A DNA stretch of 64,000 nucleotides from the NCBI GenBank assembly GCA_937919655.1, contig CALFPJ010000022.1:64986-128985 (forward strand). Direction: 5' to 3'. Made by a program: the position numbers and the translations under genes. Below are positions 9,283-19,909 of this stretch, piece by piece. The first letter of the stretch is position 1. The number at the start of each line of letters is the position of its first letter. Source of the DNA: an uncultured Gemmatimonadales bacterium (lineage in GTDB: Bacteria > Gemmatimonadota > Gemmatimonadetes > Longimicrobiales > Gaopeijiaceae). The notes below the pieces were generated by a model. That model was not told where the DNA came from and ran no database searches. It worked only from the letters and a program-made list of their open reading frames with translations.

Positions 9283-12060
9283 TCAGCCCCCTCCTCGTTG
9301 CGCGCTTTGCAGGAGGGCGCGCAGTTCGTTGAGGGCCTCGCCGAAGCCCTGCCAATCGCCCTCTTGGGCGCTCGATTCCGCACGCTCGAGAAGATCCAGG
9401 GCAGCGCTCGACCACACGGGGCCGTCGGCGCCCGCAATGCCTATCTCGGCCGCCTCTAGGGTGGCCGTAGTCGTCGTCGGCAAGGCGAATCCGGCCAGTG
9501 CCTGAATGGCACCGGAGAGATCTTCCGTCATCGCCACCCGCACCCCGTCGCTCACCACGAAACGCCGGAGCTCCGGAATGGCATCGACCTCGGCGGCAAG
9601 AAATACCGGCTCCATGTAAAGAATTCTATTGCCGGCCGGCACCAGGTGAAGGTGACCGGTCCAGACCTCGCTCCCCCCGGTACGCCATAACGAAAACTGC
9701 TGCGAAATATCGGGGTCCTGCTCCACGAGTGCCTCAATCTGGCGCGGGCCCGGCACCTGATCGGTGACAGGGAGGTCATAGAGCACCAGTTCTGGGACGC
9801 CGTCCGGGTTCGTACGAGCGGCGAGCAGCGCCGTCAGGTTCTGTCGATTGGCCGGCACGAAAACCGCACTCAGAGTAAAGCGGGCCTCCTGCTCTCCTGG
9901 AAGGGTGTAAATGCCGTACTCCGGCCGATACGGCACCGGGCTCGCGGCCTCCGCCAACTCCTGTGGAATATCCCACACATCCTGCTGACCGTGGAACGCT
10001 GGCGCAGTTTCCTGATGGTACTGCTGGAGAACACGGCTCTGAAGATCGAGCAGCTGTTTGGAATAACGCACGTGCTCTCGGACGCTCTCTGGCATTTCTG
10101 ACATGGGCCTTAACAGCCCTGGGAATGCCGCGCCGTAGGCGTCCAAGAGTGGATCTTCAATGGGCACACGGTAGAAGTTGACGTCACCACTCACAGCGTC
10201 CACCGTGATTTTGACGGAGTTGCGCGCGTAGGTCAGTAGCGAGCGGATCGTCCCCATCTCAAAGACCGTCGACAGCGGGAAGGCCCGAGTGCCGCTAAAG
10301 CCCTCCATGATCCACACGATGCGCCCATCGGCCACGACTGGATACGCCGCTTCCGGCAAACGCAGGAACGGCGCGATCGCTCGGACGCGGTCGAGTACGC
10401 GGCGGCGGTAGATCAGGCGGCTGTCGTTCGTAAGCTCAGACGCGAAGAACAGGTTCGCATCCCGAAAGCGCCAGGCCAGCAGCGCAGTCCGAAACGTTCC
10501 TCCTAGCTCGATTCCCTCCGGAAAGTCGATTCCGGGCGTACCAATCGCTCCGTCAGGAGCCTGGAACTGGTCGGGGCCAGCATTCACTACCGCATAGGGT
10601 TGTTGGGCGCGTTCGCCGAAAAACACAGAAGAACGATCCAAGCGGAGGTCCGGCATCTCCTGAGCCAGGGCCGAAGTCTCCGGCGGGATTCCCGAGATAA
10701 GCATCGGGGGGCGCCCCTCGGTGGTGCGTTCGGCGGCCAGGCTCGCCACGGCCCCCATGCCTTGGACGTACAGCTCCCGTAGATGCAGGTTCTGCCAGTT
10801 AGGATCCTGAATGCCTGCGGGATTAACCTCCCGAACGGACACCGCCACCGTCACCGGGCCTTGGGCACCCATGTACCGATCGATCGCCACAGTCTGGAAG
10901 TCGTAATAAGGGAGTCGAGCATCCAGTTCGCGGAACGTCGCCAGCAGGGGGTTGCTCGACCACACTGGGAGTCCGGAGAATTGACGTGCCGCCACAGCCC
11001 AATCCACGGCCTGCTCGGCTTGGTAGCTGAACGCCCGCCGCTCCATACTTTCAAGGCCAAAACCGAGCCGCGTGAAGGCTAGGTTGTGCTCAATGAACGG
11101 CGTCTCGCGGTCTAATTCGTTGGGCTCGACTCGGAAGCTCTGGACCAAAGACGGATAAAACTGGCCGATCACCAGCATGGCGAGCACGATGGAGACGGAT
11201 GAACCCACCAGAATGGCGGGTCGATTCTTCCATGCGCCCCAAAAGGAGCCAGCTCCCGCTACGACACAGAGGATGGACAGGGTCTGCAGCGCCGGCAGGC
11301 GCGCTTCGGCATCAGTGAAACCGAAGATCCCTCGGACCGCCGATGATCCGTCTAGCAAGAGAAGGTACCGACTCAGCCAGAGCCGCAGCCCCAGCAAAAC
11401 CATGAACACCGCGAGCAAGACGCCAAGGTGCAATCGGGTGATATCCTGGGCGTCCACGCGGCCCTTGCCCCAACGCAGTGCCCCGGTGGCCGCATACCCC
11501 CCCGTGACCAGAGCGAAAATCAGGAACGCAACGATCAATGCGAAGGTGATCAGGCTCGCGAGAACTGGCACCCAGAAGACATAAAATCCGACATCATGGC
11601 TCAGGATCGGATCAACGACTCCCCACGATGCCGCATTCTTGAGGACGAGAATCTGAAGACCGAGGCCCTCCGGTACCGCGGCGCCAAACCAAAGCGCCAG
11701 AAGGGCGGACCCCCCGACCATCCCCCAAAGGACGAAACTCTTGGGGAGCTGTTCAGAGATCTCCAGGTTCCCAAAGCGACGCTTGATCTGAAGGTCGTTC
11801 AGCGTCGACGAGACGATTCGGAGATTGAGGAAGATCAGCGCGCCAACGCCGACCCCTGCCCCAATTCGTACGCCCCACTGCCACAGGATGCGCTGCCAAA
11901 AGACCGAACTGTAGCCGGCCTGCGCCTGCCACAGGATCTCGACGTAGGCGTCAGCCAAGCCCCGTCCCAGCGCGATCAAGAGGGCTACCCCCAACGCGAG
12001 CGTGACAATAAGGCGCCCGCCTCGTAGGGTGTCCATCAGTCGTCTCATTTCGGGCTTCAT
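9283..12060 (-). CDS. UPF0182-family large membrane protein
   Basis: 925 aa; several N-terminal TM helices followed by a large soluble domain; architecture typical of UPF0182. Confidence 0.7.
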   Translation of the reverse strand: MKPEMRRLMDTLRGGRLIVTLALGVALLIALGRGLADAYVEILWQAQAGYSSVFWQRILWQWGVRIGAGVGVGALIFLNLRIVSSTLNDLQIKRRFGNLEISEQLPKSFVLWGMVGGSALLALWFGAAVPEGLGLQILVLKNAASWGVVDPILSHDVGFYVFWVPVLASLITFALIVAFLIFALVTGGYAATGALRWGKGRVDAQDITRLHLGVLLAVFMVLLGLRLWLSRYLLLLDGSSAVRGIFGFTDAEARLPALQTLSILCVVAGAGSFWGAWKNRPAILVGSSVSIVLAMLVIGQFYPSLVQSFRVEPNELDRETPFIEHNLAFTRLGFGLESMERRAFSYQAEQAVDWAVAARQFSGLPVWSSNPLLATFRELDARLPYYDFQTVAIDRYMGAQGPVTVAVSVREVNPAGIQDPNWQNLHLRELYVQGMGAVASLAAERTTEGRPPMLISGIPPETSALAQEMPDLRLDRSSVFFGERAQQPYAVVNAGPDQFQAPDGAIGTPGIDFPEGIELGGTFRTALLAWRFRDANLFFASELTNDSRLIYRRRVLDRVRAIAPFLRLPEAAYPVVADGRIVWIMEGFSGTRAFPLSTVFEMGTIRSLLTYARNSVKITVDAVSGDVNFYRVPIEDPLLDAYGAAFPGLLRPMSEMPESVREHVRYSKQLLDLQSRVLQQYHQETAPAFHGQQDVWDIPQELAEAASPVPYRPEYGIYTLPGEQEARFTLSAVFVPANRQNLTALLAARTNPDGVPELVLYDLPVTDQVPGPRQIEALVEQDPDISQQFSLWRTGGSEVWTGHLHLVPAGNRILYMEPVFLAAEVDAIPELRRFVVSDGVRVAMTEDLSGAIQALAGFALPTTTTATLEAAEIGIAGADGPVWSSAALDLLERAESSAQEGDWQGFGEALNELRALLQSAQRGGG

Positions 12061-12070
12061 CGCTTTTTGC

Positions 12071-13444
12071 CTACTGGAAGGGAACGCCGTGTGCGGTCAG
12101 CCAAGCAGACACCTCGGCGCGAATCTCACTGAGCCGCGCCTGGGTCCGCGCTTCAAACCGTGCCACGATGACGGGCTGAGTGTTGGATGCGCGCAAGAGC
12201 GCCCATCCGTCGCCAAAGAGTACGCGCACGCCGTCCACATCAATCACATCATATTTGCTCTTGAAGTACGCAACCGCCTCAGCGACGACCGCCCACTTTT
12301 GCTCTTCGGTGACCTCAATGCGGATCTCAGCCGTCGAAACATAGACCGGGAAGTCTGCTACCATTTCAGAGAGCGATCGGTCCGAGCGGCTGACGAGTTC
12401 GATCAGCCTGCACGCATCGTACGGAGCGTCATCAAAGCCGAGGTAGTCATCCGCGATCATGATGTGGCCAGACAGTTCTCCGGCCACGAGTGCCCCACAC
12501 TCCTTCATCTTCTTCTTGATGAGCGAGTGGCCGGTCTGCCACATGATCGGCTCGCCGCCAGCGGCTGCGAATACCTCCGACAGCGCCTGACTGCATTTCA
12601 CGTCGAAAACGAGCTTCTGTCCGGGTCCATGCTTCTTGAGGATGTCCAGCCCGTAGAGCAGTAGGAGGAGGTCGCCTCGAACAATGGCCCCCTTCTCGTC
12701 CACCGCGCCGATCCGGTCTGCGTCTCCGTCGAAGGCCACCCCAAGGTCGTGAGGCGAGGCCTGAACCACCCGAATCATGTCCTCGAGGTTCTCATCGACG
12801 GTCGGATCAGGGTGGTGATTGGGGAAGGTCGGGTCAGAATCACAGAATAGCGGCGTCACATCGACACCGATCGCCTCAAGCAGCGGCACCGCGACCAACG
12901 AGCCCGTTCCATTGCCGCAGTCGACCGCGACCTTCATCGGTCTCTTCAGCTCGAAGCGCCGAGCCACGTCATCCATGTACTGCTGAAGGACGTCAATGCG
13001 TTCGTGGGCGCCCTGCCCACTCGAGAAGTCATTCTCTTCAATGCGGCGCCGTAGGTCCTGGATCGCCGCCCCGTAGAGCGAACCCCGGCCCAAGGTCATC
13101 TTGATGCCGTTCCACTCGGGCGGGTTATGTGAGCCCGTGATCTGGACCGCGGCGTCGGTCTTGAAGGTGACCTCGGACCAGTAGAGCGTGGGTGACGGCA
13201 CCGTCCCAACCTCAAGCACATCGACGCCGGCGGCCCGAATACCCGCGATCAAGCCGGCGGCCAGCTCCGGTGAGGTCAGACGGTTGTCGTATCCGACCGC
13301 GATTTTCGGCGAGGCCAGCCCGGTTTCAGCCCGGACATAGGAGGCGAACGCTCGGCCGACTCCCTCCGTGACCCCCGCGTCTAGGTCCTTGCCAACGATG
13401 CCACGAATGTCGTACTCACGAAAGATATGGGCCCGCATTTTCAT
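12071..13444 (-). CDS. phosphomannomutase/phosphoglucomutase (alpha-D-phosphohexomutase)
   Basis: TGSHNPPEWNGIK phosphoserine-loop motif. Start is most likely the internal ATG-AAA-ATG (MKMRAHIFREYDIRG) at 13444, preceded by GGAGG. The longer track ORF would overlap nuoN. Confidence 0.85.
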   Translation of the reverse strand: MKMRAHIFREYDIRGIVGKDLDAGVTEGVGRAFASYVRAETGLASPKIAVGYDNRLTSPELAAGLIAGIRAAGVDVLEVGTVPSPTLYWSEVTFKTDAAVQITGSHNPPEWNGIKMTLGRGSLYGAAIQDLRRRIEENDFSSGQGAHERIDVLQQYMDDVARRFELKRPMKVAVDCGNGTGSLVAVPLLEAIGVDVTPLFCDSDPTFPNHHPDPTVDENLEDMIRVVQASPHDLGVAFDGDADRIGAVDEKGAIVRGDLLLLLYGLDILKKHGPGQKLVFDVKCSQALSEVFAAAGGEPIMWQTGHSLIKKKMKECGALVAGELSGHIMIADDYLGFDDAPYDACRLIELVSRSDRSLSEMVADFPVYVSTAEIRIEVTEEQKWAVVAEAVAYFKSKYDVIDVDGVRVLFGDGWALLRASNTQPVIVARFEARTQARLSEIRAEVSAWLTAHGVPFQ

Positions 13445-13515
13445 GCCTCCAGGGACACTAAGAGGCCGCGTCAATGCGTCAACGCGGCCCCTCGATAGTT
13501 TGTTCGTTGGGCCAA

Positions 13516-15087
13516 TCAGAGTCCAAGGCCTAGCATGCCTCCGCCGAGAGAGCCAAGCCCCTGCACGCTGCTCCGAGCGAAGTCGATCGCCGCTCCAGGA
13601 AAGATACCCGTGTAGATGATGAGTCCCACGCAGACGATCAGCGCAAGGCACATGGGGAGCGGCACAACGACCAAGGAATGCTGGTCCTTCGAGGTCGGCT
13701 CCTTCATCCACATCACCCACGCCACACGCAGATAGTACCAATAGGAGGCGACCGTGCTCAGCACCAGAATCACGGATAGGACCCACAGCTCAGAGTCAGC
13801 GGCACCCTGCAAAAGGTAGATCTTGCCCATGAAGCCGCCAGTGCCGGGAAAACCCGCAAGCGACAGCAAGAAGATCGTTAGGAACAGCCCAATTCCGGGC
13901 TGCGCCCACCCGAAGCCGGCATAGTCGTCGATGTAGAGCCGCTCCTCGGCCTGATGGGCCACGCTCATCACGACCGCAAACGCGCCGATGTTCATCAGTG
14001 TGTAGATCAGCAGGTAGAAGAGCATTCCAGCTGCAGCGTTTTCGTTCGCGGCGGTGAGGGCCACCAGGAGGTAGCCCGCATGCGCGATGCTCGAGTACGC
14101 GAGCATACGCTTCACGTTGGTTTGTACAAGGGCGATGAGGTTGGCCGTGACCATGGTGATCGCGGCCAGCCACCACATGATGGGAAACCAGGTGTCATAC
14201 GCCGCGTCGAACCCCACCAAAAAGACGCGGAAGAACGCGACGAAAGCGGCCGCCTTCACGGCTGCGGACATCCACGCGGTTACCGGGGTGGGCGCACCTT
14301 CGTACACGTCCGGCGTCCACATGTGGAACGGGACTGCCGACACCTTGAACCCGAAGCCGATCGCGAGCAACGCGATGGCGACGACCAGGAGCCCTGGTGA
14401 CGCTGCCATGCTCGCGACGCTGGTATTGATCGCGGCGATGTTCGTGCTGCCCGTCGCCCCGTACACCAGAGCGATCCCGTACAGAAAGAAGCCGGTCGAA
14501 AACGCCCCGAGGAGGAAGTACTTCAGGCCTGCTTCAGCCGACTTCCTATCACGCCGGTTGAAGGCTGCAAGGGCGTAGACCGCGATCGACATGACCTCGA
14601 GGCCCAGGAAGATCACGATGAGGTCGCGGGCACCGGCCATGAACATCATGCCGGCCGTGGCGAACAAGATCAGCGCGTAGAACTCGCCCGCCTGCAAACG
14701 CAGGCGGTAGATATACACGAAGGAGATCAATACCGTGAGCGCCGCCGCAAGCAGGAAAATCCAGTTTGCGAAGAGCCGAAAACCATCAACGGCAATCATC
14801 GACGAGTCACCCACCTCGTTCACGCCGTATAGCCAACCATTGGCCCCAGCCGCAAGGAGAATCCCAAGCAGCGTCAGCCAGCCCAGGTCGGACTTTGGCC
14901 CGAAACTTGGATCGCCGGCGGCGCCGTCATCCGCGTCTTGATGCTTCCCTGAAACGCCAGCGATCAGGACGATCATACCCCAAACGCAAAGTACGATCTC
15001 GGGAAGGAGCGCCCACACGTAGTGGATCTGCTGGCTGAAGTCGAGTTCCATAAGCCCGTTACTCGCCGTCGATGACAGCGGCGTCAT
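13516..15087 (-). CDS. nuoN: NADH-quinone oxidoreductase subunit N
   Basis: 523 aa polytopic antiporter-like subunit; operon position. Start may be the internal MELDF. Confidence 0.9.
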   Translation of the reverse strand: MTPLSSTASNGLMELDFSQQIHYVWALLPEIVLCVWGMIVLIAGVSGKHQDADDGAAGDPSFGPKSDLGWLTLLGILLAAGANGWLYGVNEVGDSSMIAVDGFRLFANWIFLLAAALTVLISFVYIYRLRLQAGEFYALILFATAGMMFMAGARDLIVIFLGLEVMSIAVYALAAFNRRDRKSAEAGLKYFLLGAFSTGFFLYGIALVYGATGSTNIAAINTSVASMAASPGLLVVAIALLAIGFGFKVSAVPFHMWTPDVYEGAPTPVTAWMSAAVKAAAFVAFFRVFLVGFDAAYDTWFPIMWWLAAITMVTANLIALVQTNVKRMLAYSSIAHAGYLLVALTAANENAAAGMLFYLLIYTLMNIGAFAVVMSVAHQAEERLYIDDYAGFGWAQPGIGLFLTIFLLSLAGFPGTGGFMGKIYLLQGAADSELWVLSVILVLSTVASYWYYLRVAWVMWMKEPTSKDQHSLVVVPLPMCLALIVCVGLIIYTGIFPGAAIDFARSSVQGLGSLGGGMLGLGL

Positions 15088-16708
15088 CTGGGGGGTCGTC
15101 GTTCAGTTCAGGGTCCACCAACGGCGCCTGTGCGTCCGCGGGGGCGATCACCACTTGAGAGCCATCTTCCAGCGTTATCGAGGTTTGCCCCGAAGGCGCA
15201 GCAGCCTCCACTCGCTCGAGGACCGCACGAACGGTGGGCTCCATCCGTGTCAGGATCGGAGTCGGGTTCCATCCGATCCAAATCATGAGTGCACACAGGG
15301 GGGCCAGAATCACCATTTCCCGGCGAGAGAGATCTTCAATCTCCCGATTCTCTGGTTTGTCGAGGGCATTAAAGAAGACTTTCTGCACCATCGGCAGCAT
15401 GTAGTACGCGGCGAAGATCACCCCAAGCGATGCGATGACGGCGAAGACCCTATGCGTCTCGAACGCGCCAAGCAACGCCAGGAACTCACCGACGAAACCA
15501 CTCGTTCCCGGTAGTCCTATGGAGGCAAGCGCCGTAAGAACAAAGGCGCTCGTCAACAGGGGCGCGACCCGCGCGATACCACCAAAGTCTGCGATCTGGC
15601 GTGTGTGCCTCCGCTCGTAGAGCATGCCAAGCAAAAGGAACAGCGCGCCAGTGCTGATGCCGTGGGAGATCATGACGACGAGCCCGCCCTGCAGTCCATT
15701 GACTGTGAGCGCGAAGATGCCCAAAACCACAAAGCCCATATGGGCCACAGACGTATAGGCGACCAACTTCTTGGCGTCCGGCTGCACCGCGGCAACCCAG
15801 GCCGTATAGAGAATCCCGATCACCGCGAGCACGAGCATCGTCGTCACCACGGTCGGATGCTGGGCTGCCACCGGGAACAGCGGCAGTAGGAATCTCAAGA
15901 AGCCGTACGTGCCCATTTTCAGCAGCACGGCCGCCAGGATCACGGAGCCGGGCGTGGGCGCCTCGACATGGGCGTCTGGCAGCCATGTGTGAAACGGGAA
16001 GACCGGCACTTTCACGCTGAACGCGAGCGCAAACGCGGCAAACAACCAAAGCTGTTCTGTTCCGGTCAGCGGCACCTGCAGGAGATCGGCATAGGCGAAC
16101 GTCGGGAATCCGAGAAGCGTTTTCGCCTTATAGAACAGGTAGAGAATGCCAACCAGCATCAGCAAAGACCCGAACGCCGTGTACAAGAAGAACTTGATCG
16201 CTGCGTAGATCCGACGTTCCCCGCCCCACACGCCGACGATGAAATACATCGGCACCAACGTCAACTCAAAGAAGACGTAGAAAAGGAACACGTCCGTCGC
16301 TGAGAACACACCCACCACACCCGCTTCAAGAAGAAGCATCAGTGAGTAAAATGCGCGGGGACGGACCTTGATGTAGTTGAACGACCCGAGGATCGCGATA
16401 GAACTACTGAACGTGGTCAACATCACCATGAACAGGCTGATTCCGTCGATTCCGAGCGAGTAGCTGACACCCCAGGAGGCGATCCAAGACGTCTGGCTCA
16501 CCATTTGCATTCCTGCCTCGGACGGGTCAAACGCCCACCACAGCCCGAGACTCAGAACAAAGACCACCGCGGACCACCAGAAGGCGACGTGCTTCGCGGT
16601 CTCTTCCTCAGCCCACAGGACGAGCCCCATTCCAAGAATGGGCATCCAGATGAGCGCGTGGAGAATCCAGCCGGTGTAGCCGATCGATTCGAGCATAGAG
16701 TTGATCAT
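15059..16708 (-). CDS. nuoM: NADH-quinone oxidoreductase subunit M
   Basis: 549 aa antiporter-like subunit. Confidence 0.92.
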   Translation of the reverse strand: MINSMLESIGYTGWILHALIWMPILGMGLVLWAEEETAKHVAFWWSAVVFVLSLGLWWAFDPSEAGMQMVSQTSWIASWGVSYSLGIDGISLFMVMLTTFSSSIAILGSFNYIKVRPRAFYSLMLLLEAGVVGVFSATDVFLFYVFFELTLVPMYFIVGVWGGERRIYAAIKFFLYTAFGSLLMLVGILYLFYKAKTLLGFPTFAYADLLQVPLTGTEQLWLFAAFALAFSVKVPVFPFHTWLPDAHVEAPTPGSVILAAVLLKMGTYGFLRFLLPLFPVAAQHPTVVTTMLVLAVIGILYTAWVAAVQPDAKKLVAYTSVAHMGFVVLGIFALTVNGLQGGLVVMISHGISTGALFLLLGMLYERRHTRQIADFGGIARVAPLLTSAFVLTALASIGLPGTSGFVGEFLALLGAFETHRVFAVIASLGVIFAAYYMLPMVQKVFFNALDKPENREIEDLSRREMVILAPLCALMIWIGWNPTPILTRMEPTVRAVLERVEAAAPSGQTSITLEDGSQVVIAPADAQAPLVDPELNDDPPDDAAVIDGE

Positions 16709-16717
16709 CGTCGGCCC

Positions 16718-18871
16718 CTAGAAAATGCTGACGCCGAGGATAACCAAGACGCCGACGGTGAGAATGAATGCATAGGTGTTCACGGATCCCGTCTGGAACA
16801 TGCTGATCACGAAGCCAACGCCTCGTGCCGTCCAGCCCACCCCGTTGACCACACCGTCGATGATGCCGGCATCAATCACCTTCCAGAAGAAGCGTGAGGT
16901 GCGCAGGATCGGCTCAACAATGACGCGGTCGTAAAACTCGTCCACATACCACTTGTTGTAGAGCACCTTCGCGAAGCCAGTCAGTTCCACGTCCTGCGCG
17001 GCGGGCACGATCTCCTTCTGTCCGACCATCCGGAACGTCGTGGCGACGACAGCAATCGCGAGCACGGTGGAAATCAGAGCCCACATGAACTCACCACCAC
17101 CGACCGGAGCGGAGTGGGAAAGCTCGCCCAGGTTGGCCGCTTGGATATGGGTCGCCTGCGCCGTAATGGGCTCAAGCCAGTGATGGAGCCACTCACTCGT
17201 GAGCGGCCCCAGACCCAAGAACGATTCGCGAATCGATTCGGGGACGTTGATCCAACCTCCAACCACAGAGAGCGTGGCCAGCACAGCCAGCGGAGCCCAC
17301 ATCACGACGGGAGCTTCGTGCAGGTGCTTCGACTCTTCTTCGCCCGTACGGTTGGTACCGTGGAAGGTCATGACCATCATGCGGGTCATGTAAAACGCGG
17401 TGAGCATGGCTGCGGCCAGCGCGATCACCCAATAGACCGTGTACAGCATCGGGTACGGCGCGTGAGTCGCCCCACCAAACGCTGCGGTCTGCCAGATGAT
17501 CTCGTCTTTCGAGAAGAATCCAGCGAACGGCCAGATGCCCGCGATGGCGAAAGTCGCGATCCACATGGTCACCCACGTGATCGGCATGTGCGCCTTCAGT
17601 CCACCCATGTTGCGCATGTCCTGCGCATCTTCGTGGCTATGTGTGCTGTGATACGCCTCGTGCATCGAGTGGATCACTGCTCCCGCTCCCAAGAAGAGCA
17701 AAGCCTTGAAGAAGGCATGCGTCATGAGGTGGAAGACACCCGCCGAATACGCACCGACGCCAACACCTACGAACATGTAGCCCAACTGGGATACCGTAGA
17801 GTAGGCGAGGACCTTCTTGATATCGTTCTGCTTGAGCGCGATGGTCGCCGCGAAAAGGGCGGTCAACACACCGACCCCCGCCACGGTCGCGCCGGCGACT
17901 GGGGCGAGCGCGAACAGCACCGACGAGCGCGCCACCAAATTGACACCCGCAGTGACCATCGTGGCGGCATGGATCAGAGCGGATACAGGCGTCGGGCCTG
18001 CCATGGCGTCGGGCAGCCACACATAGAGCGGGATTTGGGCGCTCTTGCCGGCGGCGCCCAAGAAGAAGAAAAGCGCGATCGCCGTGACCAACGAGCCGCC
18101 GTAGGCCAGTGTCTCGGCGTCATGGAAGACCGCCACGAAGTCGACCGTTCCGAACGTCACGTAGAGCAGGAACATCGCGACCAGGAAGCCGACGTCGCCG
18201 ATTCGGTTGACGATGAACGCCTTCTTTCCGGCGTCCGCTTTTTCCTTGTCGCTGAACCAGAAACCGATGAGCAAATAGGAGCAGAGGCCTACGCCCTCCC
18301 AGCCCACGAACATCAACGCGTAGCTAGAGCCCATGACAAGCGTGAGCATAAAGAAGACGAAGAGATTCAGGTATGCGAAATAGCGCGGATACCCGGAATC
18401 AGCCTTCATGTAGCCCACACTGAACACGTGGATCAGGAAGCCGACACCGGTGACGACCATCATCATGATCATCGACAACTGATCAAGCTGGATCGCGGCA
18501 TCCACGGTGAACGTTCCGGTCGCCATCCAGGTCCAGTAGCTGATGACTACCGGCTCCTCGATGTGCGCGCCCAACATGCGGGTGAAGTTCACCACGGTCA
18601 GGAGGAACGCGAGGAGCATCACCCCCGGTCCGATCAGGCTCGGCAGCGTATGCGTCGCCGGTCGACCACCCGTGTCGAGATCAAGCTCCCCCCCGCCCCG
18701 AACCGCAGTCGCCGACGCGACTCCATGCCGCAGTGCGAGGACACCGTTCAGCAGGAAGCCGATGAGCGGAAGGAGAATGATGAGGCCAGGGTAAAAGGGC
18801 TCAAAATGCCCCGCGGCTTCGGCCGTGGCCTGACCGCCCTGCACAAGAACCGCTGCTAGTGAAGCGTGCAT
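16718..18871 (-). CDS. nuoL: NADH-quinone oxidoreductase subunit L
   Basis: 717 aa antiporter-like subunit with a long C-terminal amphipathic extension. Confidence 0.92.
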   Translation of the reverse strand: MHASLAAVLVQGGQATAEAAGHFEPFYPGLIILLPLIGFLLNGVLALRHGVASATAVRGGGELDLDTGGRPATHTLPSLIGPGVMLLAFLLTVVNFTRMLGAHIEEPVVISYWTWMATGTFTVDAAIQLDQLSMIMMMVVTGVGFLIHVFSVGYMKADSGYPRYFAYLNLFVFFMLTLVMGSSYALMFVGWEGVGLCSYLLIGFWFSDKEKADAGKKAFIVNRIGDVGFLVAMFLLYVTFGTVDFVAVFHDAETLAYGGSLVTAIALFFFLGAAGKSAQIPLYVWLPDAMAGPTPVSALIHAATMVTAGVNLVARSSVLFALAPVAGATVAGVGVLTALFAATIALKQNDIKKVLAYSTVSQLGYMFVGVGVGAYSAGVFHLMTHAFFKALLFLGAGAVIHSMHEAYHSTHSHEDAQDMRNMGGLKAHMPITWVTMWIATFAIAGIWPFAGFFSKDEIIWQTAAFGGATHAPYPMLYTVYWVIALAAAMLTAFYMTRMMVMTFHGTNRTGEEESKHLHEAPVVMWAPLAVLATLSVVGGWINVPESIRESFLGLGPLTSEWLHHWLEPITAQATHIQAANLGELSHSAPVGGGEFMWALISTVLAIAVVATTFRMVGQKEIVPAAQDVELTGFAKVLYNKWYVDEFYDRVIVEPILRTSRFFWKVIDAGIIDGVVNGVGWTARGVGFVISMFQTGSVNTYAFILTVGVLVILGVSIF

Positions 18872-18875
18872 GCCG

Positions 18876-19169
18876 CTACCACCTCAGCAGTTTGAAGTTG
18901 TCAACGTTCACCGTCTCGTAGTGCCTAAAGATCGAGATGATGATGGCAAGACCGACAGCCGCCTCAGCGGCCGCGACGGTCATCACAAAGAAGACGAAGA
19001 TTTGCCCCTCAATTCCGTGAAGTCGGGAAAAAGCCACGAACGCCAGGTTCACCGCGTTGAGCTGAAGCTCGATGCAGAGGAACATGATGATCGCATTGCG
19101 GCGCACGAGGACGCCCAGTGTTCCGATCACAAAGAGTACGGCACTGAGGACGAGGGCAGGAGTGATCAT
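18876..19169 (-). CDS. nuoK: NADH-quinone oxidoreductase subunit K
   Basis: 97 aa, 3 TM, classic NuoK sequence. Confidence 0.92.
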   Translation of the reverse strand: MITPALVLSAVLFVIGTLGVLVRRNAIIMFLCIELQLNAVNLAFVAFSRLHGIEGQIFVFFVMTVAAAEAAVGLAIIISIFRHYETVNVDNFKLLRW

Positions 19170-19687
19170 GCGACGTTCCTTTTGGCCAAAACGAGCGCAC
19201 CCACGATCGCCACGAGGAGCAGGATGCCAGTGATCTCAAAAGCGACCACGTAGGTCGTGTAGAGAGGCTCCGCGATGGCACCGATCGCGCCGTGCTCCGC
19301 GATGGCCGCGTCAATCGCTCGGCCCCCGGACGCTACCGCGTCAGTGATCCCTGAGCCCCGCAGTTGACGCTGCAGCATTCCTGCCATCGCGCCCACTATG
19401 GCAAAGGACACCACGGCGTAGGCACCGCCTTTGAGGTCCCTGTGATAATCATGTCCCAGATTCAGCAACATGATCACGAACAGGAACAGCACCATAATCG
19501 CGCCGGCGTAAACAATAATCTGGATCGCCGCCAAGAAGTGCGCCTCGAGTAACACGTACGTCCCCGCGACGCTCGCCAGCGTGGTCACCATGAACAGCAG
19601 CGACCCCACCGGACTCTTCGCCATAACAACGCCCAAGGCGCCACCAATGGCGACGGCCGCAAAGACGTAAAAGAGAATATCAACCAT
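19166..19687 (-). CDS. nuoJ: NADH-quinone oxidoreductase subunit J
   Basis: 173 aa membrane subunit; 4-nt overlap with nuoK. Confidence 0.88.
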   Translation of the reverse strand: MVDILFYVFAAVAIGGALGVVMAKSPVGSLLFMVTTLASVAGTYVLLEAHFLAAIQIIVYAGAIMVLFLFVIMLLNLGHDYHRDLKGGAYAVVSFAIVGAMAGMLQRQLRGSGITDAVASGGRAIDAAIAEHGAIGAIAEPLYTTYVVAFEITGILLLVAIVGALVLAKRNVA

Positions 19688-19909
19688 AGCCCAGCCGGTT
19701 GGTTAGAAAGCCGTGGGTCAAAAAGCGAAGCCCAAGAAAGCGAGTGTTCTGAAAACGAAGAACATGCGGATCTCGAACCAACGGCCGCTCAAATCGGATG
19801 CGCTGCAAGGCGGGCGAGCACCCCCGCCGAGGCGTACCCCAGGGTCCGTCGCAGGCGCGGGAGCGCAGCCCAACCCCGCAGAGCGCCGATTTCAGCGGCC
19901 CGGTCTCGA

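Noticed and set aside
17114-18859. 581-aa plus-strand ORF (R/H/D/E-rich)
   Set aside because: It lies entirely antisense to nuoL and is a low-complexity charged sequence. This is a typical high-GC antisense open frame, not a gene.
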